From: Eledone cirrhosa
Lineage: Eukaryota
Length of the DNA stretch: 64,000 bases
Assembly: GCA_964016885.1 (NCBI GenBank)
Contig: OZ024743.1
Coordinates: 289,540,001 to 289,604,000, forward strand
Reading direction: 5' to 3'
The notes beneath the pieces are model-generated. The model made no database searches. It saw only the letters and a list, made by a program, of their open reading frames with translations, and was not told the DNA's origin. Positions 1 to 12,966 of the stretch are shown one piece after another. The translations under genes and the position numbers were made by a program. Within the stretch, counting starts at the first letter, position 1; every line of letters begins with the position of its first letter.

Positions 1-21
1 ATATATATATATATATATGTA

Positions 22-52
<31 letters not shown>

Positions 53-735
53 CAGGCAGACATCTGTATGTGTATAGATGTATATGTAGATATATGTATA
101 CACACACACACACAAATAGACACACGAATACATGAACATAAGTGAGAGAAGTTATATATTTATAATAAGTTTATAAAGTCTACTACGATATTGATCGTTT
201 ATCAAGCGGAACAACTTTCGAGCATAATTGAAAGATATTTTACCAAAATAACTGCACAAATTATTAAAAATCGACTGACCACGTATAATCTTCTTTAATC
301 GTGGGCCAAAACGCCTGAAGCGAATATGGCACTGACCTACCGAAATAACATAACAATATAACGCTTTTACTTTTACACATTATAACACACGCACACATAC
401 ACACACTCACACACGCAGCCACATACACACACTCACACACGCACCCACATACATACTCAGACACTCACACACATATGCACCCAAATACATACTCACACAC
501 TCACACTCACACATACTCTCACACACTCATTCACACAGGCTCTCTCTCACACACACAGACGCAGTACTACACAAACACACACATATACACTGTCTATCTC
601 TGCCTCTCATACAAACAAACATACAAAGACAATCTGAGTAATTCACATAGGTACATACAACACACGCACACACACACATATACGAAATAGACTCAAATAC
701 ATACACAGAACTAGGTGCATACAATCACATATACA
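1..735. repeat. (TA)n and degenerate (CA)n low-complexity tract
   Basis: Visible dinucleotide runs; the ORFs here are HT/VC dipeptide read-through. Confidence 0.9.
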
Positions 736-818
736 ATTTAACGGTGTCTTATTATAACGTGCATAAACTTAAAATGTGTAAATATTGTGACGCCAACACA
801 GGCATATACATACATACA

Positions 819-1392
819 TGGTGGCTGCCAACTCGTTTTCGAGTACGGCCACTACTTTATATCCATGTAGGAGAACCCCTACCGATGCGCTGAACAAGTG
901 TGACTTTTTAGTCCAGCCAGCGACTTGAAAACTCTGGTACAAACACTACACTTGTGACAATTATTGACACATAGTGCTGGGCCCATGGTATCATGTGATG
1001 ACAAGTGCAGAGAGATCTCCAGATATAAAGCAATGCCTGTGCAGTGAAGCTTTTATAGTGAGCAAAGGCATTGCACAAAGCCAGTCCCACTCTCTTAACT
1101 AAGATGATATTTACGAAAAAGAAGAACAAGTCAACATCATTGGATACCATCAGGGTTGCAGGTGTTATATCAGAGTTTTCCTTCTCCTAGAATTCTGCCT
1201 TGACAAAGGCTAAGGGGTCATCTCTCCCGGTGAATTTGGATGGGCATTGACTCTTAAGAGCTCCTTTGCCCTTTGACAGGTTTTGTTTTTAGTCCTGCAG
1301 GATGTCCAAAGTCACCCTCCTCACCAAGAAACCTTGGTGGGGTTGCCAGTTTAGTCGCCAACGACCCGACCATGAGACAGGTTGTACTGGGA
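819..1392 (-). mobile_element. Non-autonomous retroposon, probably RTE-clade derived, inserted in (TACA)n
   Basis: GC-richer island flanked by TACA repeats. Shares its left terminal hairpin (ggctg..actcg.tttcgagta..gcca) and a ~130-bp block (1022-1145) with 1460-1720. The minus strand carries ctaggagaaggaaaactctga, a motif I recall from RTE-type leaders (not verified). Confidence 0.45.
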
Positions 1393-1460
1393 TACATACA
1401 TACATACATACATACATACATACATACATACATACATACATACATACATACATACATACA
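1393..1460. repeat. (TACA)n microsatellite
   Basis: Perfect tetranucleotide array. Confidence 0.97.
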
Positions 1461-1720
1461 TGATGATGATGGCTGCAACTCGATTTCGAGTAAAGCCATC
1501 GTTTGATACTTAAGCATGAGCATCACGGATGTGGCTTTGTAGTCTTGCAAGGAACTTGCCTATGGCCAACAACTGGAAAGAATGTCACATATGTAGCGAT
1601 GCCTGTGCTTGAAGCTTTTTTTAAGTGAGGAAAGGCTTTGCACGAGGCCAATCCCACTCTCTGAACATCCAATGCAGTTGCCCAAAAAGAAGAACTGGTC
1701 TACATCATTGGACGAAGGTC
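1461..1720 (-). mobile_element. Diverged, truncated relative of the 819-1392 retroposon, with (ATC)n tail on the minus strand
   Basis: The hairpin gatggct-gca-actcga-tt-tcgagt-aa-agccatc sits next to (GAT)n; 1588-1712 aligns with 1022-1145. Confidence 0.45.
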
Positions 1721-1845
1721 AATCTAATATGATACATACATACATATGTGCATACATACATACAAGCAGACATAGACACAGTCACTCACACATACACGCA
1801 TGGCATGCTTACATACATACATTCATACATACATACATACATACA

Positions 1846-2925
1846 TAGAGGAACTCCTCGAGAGATATTCCCTGCGTGATAATCAAAAACTCACACCCAG
1901 GGAAGTCGCTCAGCAGTATCGCAATGAATCCATGCATAAAAAAACTGCATACTTATCAGCAAAAAATCATGCATGGATATGTTGCCAGGCAGTTCCAGAG
2001 TGAGAGTAATATAGATAAGGAAAGTAGTCTATCTTGGACCAACAACCGCTATATTGGCTCCCACTTTGAAGGATACGCTTTTGCAATGAAAGAAGAGGAA
2101 ATTAACACGAAATATCTGATTCACAAAAGAGATAGGGATGCAGGCAAAACACCTAGATGTAATAACAAATGCAGACTCTGCAGAACTAACATCGAAGATA
2201 TCACCCATGTCATCAGCAGCTGTCCAAAGATGTCATCGCGGTACTATCTACCTATGAGGCATGATGTAGTGGCCAAAACACTGTACGATGCAATCCGTAA
2301 AAAAGATAGCCCTGATAATAAACATATTAAAAGCTACAGCAATATGGAAGACATACATATACATAATATACTGGTGGAATGTCCCAGTACAATAAAATGC
2401 AGGCATAATAGACCAGATATTATGATATGGGACAGGGAGAAGAAAGCATGCACAGTTATGGAAATTAGCTGTTCAATGCAGAACTGATGAGAAATCTGCT
2501 GATACTCCACCCTGATTATACCTTCAGATTTATACCTGTGATTATTGGGACACTGGGATATGTTAGTAACTGCCTCAATACAAATCTTGAGAAGCTGGGC
2601 TTCACAGGAACAGAAAGAACACAAGTTAAGAAATTACAAATACAATGCAATGGAACAGTAAAGATATATAAAACATTCCAAATATTTTGCATCTAGTAAC
2701 TGCATATACACATGTACAGACACAAAGCATATACACATGCACACATACAACTCAAAACATCCACATCCACACATACAATAACATCCATATCTACACATGC
2801 ATGCAGACATACATATCTACCTAGTTGATGTTGTGTAAATTCCAAAAAGAGAGTCTTGTATCTATGTTAGAAACCGACTCTCTCTCTATTGGGAAAACAT
2901 TTGTGAAATTATAAAACCAGAAGAA
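1846..2925 (+). mobile_element. 5'-truncated R4/Dong-like non-LTR retrotransposon: ORF C-terminus with CCHC knuckle and restriction-like endonuclease, frameshifted, plus 3' UTR
   Basis: Translation has MHG, CRLC...HVISSC, RHD, RPDI..WD...VMEISC and, in the next frame, FIPVIIGTLG, all hallmark RLE-clade motifs. Flanked on both sides by (CATA)n. Confidence 0.88.
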
Positions 2926-3068
2926 CATACATACATACACACATACATACATACGCACATACATACATACACAAACACACATTCTCACTTATACATGTAC
3001 ACATATACATAAAATTCACCATTTCTGTTATCGAAATTTAAATAATTAAAAAGTGAGCGATACATACC

Positions 3069-3325
<257 letters not shown>

Positions 3326-3391
3326 CATGTGCGAGCGTATGATCATTCAGAACAGAATGATTGTTCTCTTTGTTTTCCTTTATTATTTCAA

Positions 3392-3577
3392 CGGTGAATT
3401 GGCAGTATCGGTGGAGTGTCGGACATGCTTTCCAGCATAGTTACGTCCCTTTACGATCTGAGTTCAAATCCCGCCGAGGTTAACTTTGCCTTTCATCCTT
3501 ACGGGGTCGATAAAATAAAGTACCAGTAATATACTGGAATAATTGCTGGCCTTGTGCCAAAAGTAGAAACAATTATT
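3392..3577 (+). mobile_element. tRNA-derived SINE, family 1 (young, near full length)
   Basis: A-box-like tggcagtatcggt, B-box gagttcaaatc, central gcctttcatccttacggggtcgataaaataaagtacc (resembles the Meta/MESC-type SINE domain), tail ggccttgtgccaaaagtagaaacaattatt. At least seven close copies in the window. Confidence 0.9.
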
Positions 3578-4239
3578 TCAAATAAGCTAGCTCTGGCGAA
3601 CTACGGTATATCGTCACTGAAATTCAAACCATACTGCTCTTACATCGGTACTGGGGTAACAGCCATACGGTGAGTCTAAATCTATGTTTATTACAAGCAA
3701 ACGTGGTGCGTATTGATTCATATCTTTAATCTCAATCATCGTGTGTTGGTGCTACCTCAAATTTATTTTTAATGCTAGAAAACTGAACATCGGTAAAACA
3801 TCTAACTGAATACTTTGGGTTGTTTACTTGAAAGTGTTGCTTTCAATTCAACTAAAACTGATTTGTCTTTAATTCTTCCTTTGTCGGGGAAATATAATAA
3901 AGTCAGTTAAGTAATGAAGTCGATTTTATCGATTACACTTCATCCCCAAAATTTTGTCCCCGCTTTCTTGACTGTGTCACATTTAAAAATCAAAAATCAA
4001 AATCTTTGGCTTACTCCAAATTTTCACAAGGTTCTGTTCATTAGTAAAGACAGTTTAAACATTTGAATTAACAAACCCGTTTTTGGATATGTAATGCTAA
4101 CACATTTTAGGATGTTAAGAGTTAGATGCCTAAGATGGATCGTCACGACGGTAATGCCACCTCTACACAGGAGTTCCGAGCCTATAGCATGACATACATG
4201 GCCACTGAGTTAGAAGCCATTACTGTTAATTTAAACAAG

Positions 4240-5272
4240 AAAAATGACTAGCTTGATTGGTAGAGTATTGCTCAAATATTTTTATACTTCTCAGCTCTAA
4301 TTCCATTGAGACCGAAATTACATTTTACTCTATTGATATCGATCTTATTGATTATTCAGTGTAAAGGCACGAATCCCCAGAGTCTTTAGAGAATCGAATA
4401 GAATAATTCGTGGTACTTGTTCCGACTATCAGAGTTCACATTCTGCTGAGGTTAACTCCTATCCTTTCTTTAGAGATAAAATGAAGTACCAGTCCATGAC
4501 AATGGATTAGCGGAATCGTTGGTGACTGATGTGATGCTTTGTAGTATCTTAATTGATTATGAAAGCTGTACTGGGTGAAGGAGGATTGGGACCGGCTACT
4601 ACTGCAATCGAACGATGATAATGAATTTCCCGAAATTTGTCGCCTTGCTTTTGTGATATAGATGACAAATTGGCTGTTGTTACAGAACCGGATTAAATAA
4701 CCACATATCAGTTCCGACTCTTTGAGGTTAAAACACCGCCAAGGTCAACTTTGCCTTTAAACCTGTCGGCGTTGAGAAATGAAATACCAGTCCAGGGAAG
4801 GTTAAAACACTGAACTAAAACACTGAACTAAAACACTGAAGTGTTAAAACATCGAACGAGATACATTCAAGTGGCTGCTCCGTCTTTATGCGCTTTGAGT
4901 TAAAATCCCTCTTCTGCCAGGAGAAGCCACATATAGATAGCACCAGCAATGGGAAAGGCCAATGTAAACATAATTTCTTCTGTTCTGTCTGACGACTGGC
5001 TCTTTTCTTTTCCTGTGATAAAGATGATAAAGATCATTTTAAGGGCGATGAACAACAGAATCGGTAGAGCACTAACATAAATGCCATGAGATGTTTAGTT
5101 ACTTTGTTTTCAGTTTTAACTTGAAATCCCTATGGGAGTTACATTTTGGCTTTCTTCCTTCTGGAATCAATAAAATAAGTAGTAGTCAAGTACTGGGAAT
5201 CGATTCAAGACTATATTATCTCCCCCTAATCAATTTGTGGCCTTGTGCCAATGTAAGAAATCATTATAATTG
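4240..5272 (+). mobile_element. Cluster of old, diverged SINE family 1 fragments
   Basis: Repeated degenerate gagtt.aaa....gaggt.aact...cctt and ataaaat.aagtacc motifs near 4430, 4725, 4900 and 5120-5270. Confidence 0.65.
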
Positions 5273-5360
5273 TTGTCCTAAAGAGAAAAAGAAATAGGGA
5301 GGAATGAAATGTGTGTGAGACAGTAAGCAGAGAAGGGGGAACGTGAGGCAAAAAGATTAC

Positions 5361-5411
<51 letters not shown>

Positions 5412-5684
5412 TGTATGTATGTATGTATGTATGTATAGATAGAGAGAGGCAGGGGGCAGAGGGGGAAGGGAGAGAGACGGGAGGGGAGGGAGAGAGAGAG
5501 TATCATATTGATTTTTGCTTTGTCTCCGAAAAGGGCCAATTTTTGAAGAGGAAATATAAGTGTATAGAAGAAATTTGAATAGAGTCCAGTATAATAGCTG
5601 ATTATTGTCTTGATGAAGAGTCCCCTCACCACCACCACCACCATCACCATCATCACGATCAGCTCATTTTTAAAATCGGATATT

Positions 5685-7352
5685 GAAATTTGCGGGATAT
5701 TTGCCTTTTTTTTCTAGCAGGTCAGGCGAACCGCTAAGAAATTATCATGTTTGTTTACTCGTAGAGTGTGTGGTGTGGGTGTAGTGTGTATGTAATCTAT
5801 AAGTATTTCTGCAAAGAACTGTTTAACAGTACAGTAGTGTAGTGTAAAATTGTTCTTTAACTACAGGTCAAAGGTTTTCCAATCGTGACCTACCAAATTA
5901 CACTTAGACATAAATTGAGTCCGTCATCTATGAGTCCTAAATTACTGGTAATCAATTCAAAACTATGTTATATGCCCTTAATCAGTTTGTAGGCTTGTGC
6001 CAATGAAAAACGTCACCTGGTCTATGTGTGCCTTTAACGGTGTCCCTTTGTCTTCAAATCAAATCTCCTGTGTGATAACGATTTACTCCCTTTATCCCAC
6101 CAGCCACGAAAATCCTAATAAAGTACTGTTCTCTCTCTTGACTTAGCAATGAATAAGTAAATACAATGCCTTTCCTTTTTATAAGGTGACAGTATTAGGC
6201 ATGAGGGAGATTTTGCTATTATTTCTAGCAAGCCAAGTAAACTCGTTGAAGTATCACCAGTTGCTCGTCCTATAGTGCAGAAATGCACTACATGGTAGTG
6301 GAGTATTATAAATAAAGTGGTGAATTAGAGCGTCGGATTGAATGCATTGCGGTAGTTGTCCCGGTTGTCTTTCCACTGAGGTCAATTTTGTCAAACATCC
6401 TGTGTACAGGATGTTGGATTGACCGCATTGTTGGTAGTATAAAGTATATTTACGATCGTGAAGTATCTAATAAATATATTATTTTCTTTTGACAATCCCA
6501 AATAAGGCGCGAAGCCAGTTTGTGTAAGGGACTTTGAAGAAGGTGACATTAAACGAAGGAAATGGATTTACTTTAGACTTGAAAGAGTTTGAATGATAAC
6601 AAGGAGGAAAGTAATGAGATGGAATAGAGTTCCAAAGTCTGGCAGTTCGAGGAAAAGAGCTTCGACCGTAGAAAGACCTCCTCATTCGTGAAACCACAAC
6701 AGCATCTCGAGATTCGAGTTAAGTGAGATGGAACAAAGTTATTTGCTGTTATTGTTATTTATCCCAGAACAGTCCTAAGTAAGCAGACCTATGCTTGATC
6801 AATGGTGGTCAAGCCATGGATATCCCATGTTTTCTTCAGCATAATGCATACACAACAATATTAACCAATTTAGTTGTATCTTCTGAGATTATGATATGAT
6901 TTAGAGTTTTGGCTGTTATTTCTAGCAGGATGAACGACCGTGGATAGTCCTTTATTGTTCAGCGTAGCAAGTGGTGTCGTCAACGTTTATATGGAATGTA
7001 GTCTAGATATTGGTTCCGCTTAGTTCAAATCTAATTGAGAAGGCATGATTAAAAGCGATCAAACAAAGATCAATCGAACATAGTTTCAGACTTAATGTTT
7101 CAAGAACTATACTGCTGCACTGGAACCATTGTTGTTATTCAGGAACATGTCAACATTGACCGAGTAGTTCTATAATTACAAGCATGTTCTATAATTCCAA
7201 GACATGACCATTTCATCTTTGTATCTTGAACTTCATTACATATTATTTGTCTTTCGTTATTTGAAGCTGGTTGTATGTGATTTGAAATATATTTGTCTCC
7301 TATTTCTAGCAGCTTGATCGACCATGTAGAAGCTTCCTAGTCGGTTCGTTGT
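5685..7352 (+). mobile_element. Several copies of an unclassified ~250-bp interspersed repeat (motif ttggctgctatttctagcagg.cga.cgacc..gtag)
   Basis: The motif recurs at ~5700, 6210, 6910 and 7295, also at 10265 and 36712, and reversed at ~28630, 40350 and 46920. A shared upstream part (gagcagacctat..tcaa...ttccag.catgacc) lies at ~6780, 7160, 9755 and 36575. Confidence 0.6.
6480..6745 (-). mobile_element. 3' end of a CR1/Jockey-like LINE (RT C-terminal remnant and 3' UTR)
   Basis: Minus-strand SSFPRTARLWNSIPSHYFPPCYHSNSFKSKVN matches the SFFPRT.RLWN.LP...FP..Y....FK..VN terminus of this LINE group; A-rich end. Confidence 0.75.
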
Positions 7353-7599
7353 AGGTCTTCTTTCTATACTGTACTTTCGAGTGTATCTATAGATGTTTAG
7401 TTACCATTGCATATGTAGTCAAGTGTACATACCGTTATTTCCGTGAGCACAAAGAAACGGCATCATATAGACTAGTTCCAATCCTGATTTGAGATTTCAT
7501 GAGTAACTGAGTACATTTGAAGTTATTGTATTTATATTTGCAAATACTAGCAGTGCTGTTTAAAGTTTCTAGATATATGATGTAATAAAATTTAGCATT

Positions 7600-7860
7600 G
7601 AAACAAAACGATGTGCTATTTACCATACCCTTGGGTCGACCCATCCCCTGTAAATGAACCTGAGTAGACACAAACTCTTTGTAAGTCCGACGTTAGACTA
7701 CCGATACTTCAAAGCGCCAGTCTTGTCACAAGCTGTTACACTGAATCTCTCTGAGAACTGCGTTAAGGATAGAATTGTCTTTGGAATGCTCAGTCACTTA
7801 CACATTAATTTCATGAGCAGGTTACTTATCATCGAAATCGATGGAAGTTCAGCGAAATAA
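7600..7860 (+). mobile_element. Degenerate SINE, family 2
   Basis: ctgaatctctctgagaactgcgttaagg...attaatttcatgagcagg; related pieces at 31140-31440 and reversed near 42860-42940. Confidence 0.5.
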
Positions 7861-9138
7861 AACACTGCGCATGTCATTTGTTCATCGACCTAACTGCAAA
7901 AAATGCGTTATATATAGAAATTGATTTAACCAATCTATATATTTCCATATAATATTAGATTTATTAACAATGTCTCCGGGAGTAGTTCAAGGGGATACTC
8001 AATCGCTGAAGATATACTAATATAGGATTGGATCTAGTCCAGCTGTTTCTTTTATATTTCTGTCCAAGAAAAAATTGTATATAAAGGCAAGGTACTGGTT
8101 AGAAATGTATAGATATATTCTGTAGTACACTATAACATTGAAACAAACATTGTTAACGCACCAGTAATTTATTATAACACTCTGTAATCATGTTGTGTGT
8201 TTTAGTGTATTAGATGATACTAATACCTGAATTCGATGAAATAGATGCTTCAATGCTTTTTCAATAGTTGAACGTTTCATTACGAGCTGTTTGGTTTGAT
8301 TTTAGTTTTCGTGGGAGATTGATCTTTTCGCCAGGCACCACATGGAATAGTTTCAATATTGTATTTTCAAATAGATGCTTTCTAAGAGTGAAGTTGACAG
8401 CTTATTTCGAGGTGTCTATGTTAAATGTATTATTTGAATCATTTGAATGAATCTTAATTCTTCATCCTGTCATCACGCATTGGCTAGGGAAATTGATAGA
8501 GTATTGTGTAAAATATCTTTCCTTTAAATCGATTCTATCACAATGTATTATCCGGTGAACCCACCTACATAAAACAACACAATCTTCCTTCCAAATGACT
8601 AGCCCTTCTCTCCTTTCGTGGCCAGAAAATTATTCGGAGCTGATGAGCTTATGGTTTTGTGTGAAGCACAAATAAGACAATGTTTTTTTTTTAAACAAAT
8701 AGTTTAGTCAGGATAGGTCATTGTTCATGATAATTTTCAGGTCCACCAATATTGGTGAGAGGGTAAAGATATTCTGAAACTGGATAACTACTCCGTATAT
8801 TTACAACAAATTTGACTCCGCCAAGGGCATATAAGTGCTATGATATAGTGTTAAACCAGTTAATAAACTATATCTACCACCGAAGTAAGAAACTGTAGGA
8901 TTCGAATTCAGAATACGGAAAGCCCGATGGAATATCATAATGTAGATCGTCCGACTTAAAAAATACGCCAATCTCCATACGCTTAACTGATACTTTATTG
9001 ACAACCAATGGTAAAGTTGATCTCGAAGAGATTTGACCGAAGAATGTAGAGAACTGACACAAAAGCAGTGTGTAGATGGAAATGCCACTCTCTCAATAAT
9101 TGCAACCAAATGATTAGTAAAATCTCAGTCGACAAAGG

Positions 9139-9536
9139 TGTTATAAGGGAGTGCGAGGTTTGGGACAGTTGACAGCGGCTGCAAGAATGAAGACACACGA
9201 CATTTATTCTGGCTTAACATAACTGTTAATTAAGGTTACACCACTAAACGCTTCTTTGCTGCCGTGTACGAAGCGACCTTACTGCACCACTCCCTCTATT
9301 TACACGCATCATACCTTGTCGCTATTACAATGGTAGCTGCTCCCCAGAAATATCTAGTAGAGTATCTATTTCTTCTAACCCTTCATACTGTATCTCACCT
9401 CTACGTTAATTAGGTTACACACTAACCACACTGCCCAATCATACTTCCTCAGAAGTTTGCTCCATGGAAAGATTTTCACCACCCATGTTATTGCTACTGA
9501 TGTCATTCACAGATGCGCAAACCGAACTTAACTACA
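9139..9536 (-). mobile_element. Possible solo LTR
   Basis: About 400-bp island bounded by TG...CA, with AATAAA on the minus strand (~9205). The flanking 5-mers aaagg/atacg match only 3/5, so no convincing TSD. Confidence 0.22.
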
Positions 9537-10624
9537 ATACGCTCATTTATTTTAGCTAGGTGTGTGAAGGTCAAATACAGAGTCTTACTATACCACGATT
9601 TCTTTCTTTCATAAAAATCTACTAATTTATCTCTGGCACAGTATAGGAGTCTGGATTATCGCCAAACAATTGTGCATAGATTTGATCCTCTATTTACTTT
9701 GTTCAGATTGATATTAGTTGTCGCCATTGTTGTTGGCGGTACCATTAGAATTGATCAAGCAAACCTATAATTAAGTGCGTTCCAGTCTTCATCGCACTGT
9801 CGTTTTATTAGGAATACTGTATCAAGAGTTGAGACTCCTGGCTTAAAGACAAGAGTGTTGGTATCCCGATCTTAAGGTCGTGAGTTTGAAAATTCTTAAA
9901 CTGGGTTGCACGTTGTGTTTTTGAACATGGCGCTTCACTTCACTTACCAAGTTGGCAATCTTGTGCTCACCATGGAGAAGTAAATTCTAACATATGGACC
10001 AACATATGGTACAAGTAACCAAAGACTGTCTGCAACGATATATTTTGAAGTGCTGGGACATGATACACTCAGTAACCGTGAATTTTTACCTGCTGCAATA
10101 GACGACAGGTCTCAGAGGAACTTTATTGTCAATAAAGCTTGATTAATACTAATTTTATGATGATGATGATGATGATTAAGGCCGTGTTCATATGTAATTT
10201 TCATTGTATTGTCTATCCAAGTCTGCCTATGTTATTTTATCCTTTTAAATCAGTGATTTGAAGGAGATATGGCTGCTATTTCTAATTGATCAAGCGGTCG
10301 GTTGGGTAATGCATACTAATGTTAATATATGTCCAAAAGAAAGAATTTCATGTTACTATATACTGAAAAACAACGATAAACTCCATTTCTATTTATATCT
10401 GGCATTTTGTAGGGGTTGGAGTGTGTTATACAACCACTGTGAATGTCTAGACGTTTACGCTGAAGACATTGAACCTAGTAAATAATATATTATAACGAAC
10501 GTCATCTGTTGCCTACGAAAACGGTGCAGGTGTGCAATAAATTAGATATATTGGAAAGAAAGGTAAGATAAGAGAAAGTTAAATGAATTAGCCCATTCAA
10601 TTAGCCAGAAGATACCATATACAA

Positions 10625-10677
<53 letters not shown>

Positions 10678-10733
10678 GCATCTCATTTTGGACACTGTAT
10701 TAAATACCTTTGCGTTTGCAAAAATTAACGCAG

Positions 10734-10771
<38 letters not shown>

Positions 10772-11319
10772 TATATATATATAAGTATGTATACGTACAT
10801 ACATATATGAATACTGACGTACAGTAGTATGTATATACATACATACATGCACACACATATATATATATATGTACGTATGGGTTTACCGAACATTTATTAT
10901 AATGCTCGGTTTGTTTGTAAACAAACAGCCCGAATTATTAGCCGTACAGTGTTCGGCAACCTTCGTTGCCATTTTGTTCAACACTGGCAAAGGAACTATG
11001 AACTAGTTTTTAGCTTATTAGCTGTTATCAGCACCGAATACCTTCCTGTCAGTTGATTGAGCATTCTGGGTTGTTACTTGGTATTCTTTTTTTGACTGGC
11101 CGCGAATATGTGGATGTGACACAAGAACGCTTTAAACCATAGTACTACTCATATTTCACGTCATTTAGACCCAAACATATGAAAAGAACAACTGCATTGA
11201 GCACCCTGAACAGAAAGCATAGTGTTTGCAGAAATAGAATAACAAAAAAAAAAAATTAAGAAAATTCAAAATATTTGGCCTCCTGTCATCTCAACTTATA
11301 ATATATATTTATATAGAGA

Positions 11320-12020
11320 GAGTGTAAAGTGAAGTTACTTTAGGTTCACCCAAGTGAGCACTCGATGTTTAGCTTCACGCCAGTAGCGGGGTGGTCTAGA
11401 GCTACTAGACAGAGTGTAATATTATAATACAAGAACGATTTGTTAAGCCTTCATTACGTTTATTGATTGATGACGCGTGTTTCACTATTGATCAGCCAGA
11501 TTTGCATATCAGCAGACTGGCCAGTCAGTTTCCTGTATACGAGCGAATGTTATTATTAATACTCGGATTCAGTCATGTAGATCAAAAAACCTTTTTTTTT
11601 ATTTGAATGTGGCAAAGCCGGCCAATTATCGCTTGTATACAGGAAACTGACTGGCCAGTCTCTGATATGCAAATCTAGCTGATCAGTGGATCTGCTAATA
11701 TGCAGATCTGACTGATCAGCCAGTCTGCTAATATGCAAATGAGGCCGATCAGTCACTGTAAATTTTAGAAAATAGCATATATTTTCACAAGCTCTGACAG
11801 TTGACAGGTGAACAGTAAGCTCTACTGATGAAGGGTGGTACCCAGAAACATTAGTATCTGCTATTCTGTTTACATGCCAACACAAGAGCAAGAATGAAGG
11901 CTTCTTTATACTGACATGGCTTTAAAAATGAGGCTTGTTTGCATAATTGCAAACGAATCGAATGTTATTAATATCGAAAAACTCAGATTACATTTATTGT
12001 ATTCAGCCATGTTGAGCGAA
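11320..12020. mobile_element. (TA)n-flanked element with internal inverted repeat and ~30-bp subrepeats; probable PLE pseudo-LTR remnant
   Basis: 11489-11547 is the reverse complement of 11629-11686. Hammerhead-like fragments on both strands (11472-11485 minus, 11825-11856 plus); AATAAA follows the minus-strand one. Confidence 0.45.
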
Positions 12021-12233
12021 ATTTATATATATATATATATATATATAGATCAGAGCAAACAGCACGGACACTCTGTCTCAAAATTATTTTTGAAAAGCAT
12101 TTAGAAATGCGCAACCGGTAAAAATTTAAAACCACAACTGAATACTAACCCATACAATTACTAATACTCTTTTATTCCTAATTAAACCATTTTTCAACTG
12201 TGAACAATTTGTCAGCATTTTCTATTCCGTTTA

Positions 12234-12315
<82 letters not shown>

Positions 12316-12457
12316 AACATATATACATATATACGAACATACATACATATATACATGCATACATTCATACATACATATTTAGACATGAGACGTGTTTTTG
12401 CTTCTTTGTGCTTCTCTTACTCTTACTTATCACATAATTATACACAATATTATCTAT

Positions 12458-12588
12458 GAACCTTTATGATCTGAGTTCAAATCTCGCCGAGGTTAACTTT
12501 GCCTTTCATCCTTATGGGGTCGATAAAATAAAGTACCAGTAATGTACTGGGTAATTGCTGGCCTTGTGCCAAAAAGTAGAAACAATTA
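12458..12588 (+). mobile_element. SINE family 1, 5'-truncated
   Basis: Near-identical to 3447-3575. Confidence 0.9.
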
Positions 12589-12897
12589 TCTATATATATA
12601 AACTGAGGATGTCTGTGTGTGTGTGTGTGTGTGTGTGAGTTTGAATCCCTAAAACTCGAGAACCACCCAACCGACTCTTTTCAAACTTTACACATCTAAT
12701 ACTTATGTTTCAGTGAGTGTTTTGAGCAAAGAAAATTTCAAATTTTCAATGTTCTAGGGACCGCATTAGGCGATGTAGCGATCTCTCTCTATAATTCTTA
12801 GTCTTTCTCTTTTTAGATAGATACATACATATAACGTCGCGCCCTTATAATATCTGTATGTATGTCTGGCTGTCTGCATTACGTCACTTCCCTGAGG

Positions 12898-12966
<69 letters not shown>

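Noticed and set aside
3392-3480. tRNA gene suggested by A/B boxes
   Set aside because: No cloverleaf; continues into a multicopy SINE body, and sister copies have TSDs.
4802-4850. Short local tandem duplications (13-mer x3 here; also 38865-38911, 41015-41058 and 56958-56985)
   Set aside because: Ordinary slippage products with no further structure.
8801-9198. Overlapping minus-strand ORFs as a possible exon or gag fragment
   Set aside because: No convincing motif; the region contains a degenerate SINE-like B box (gaattcgaatcc on the minus strand).
10909-10926. Palindrome gtttgttt-gt-aaacaaac with forkhead-like sites
   Set aside because: Short, low complexity and single occurrence; expected by chance.
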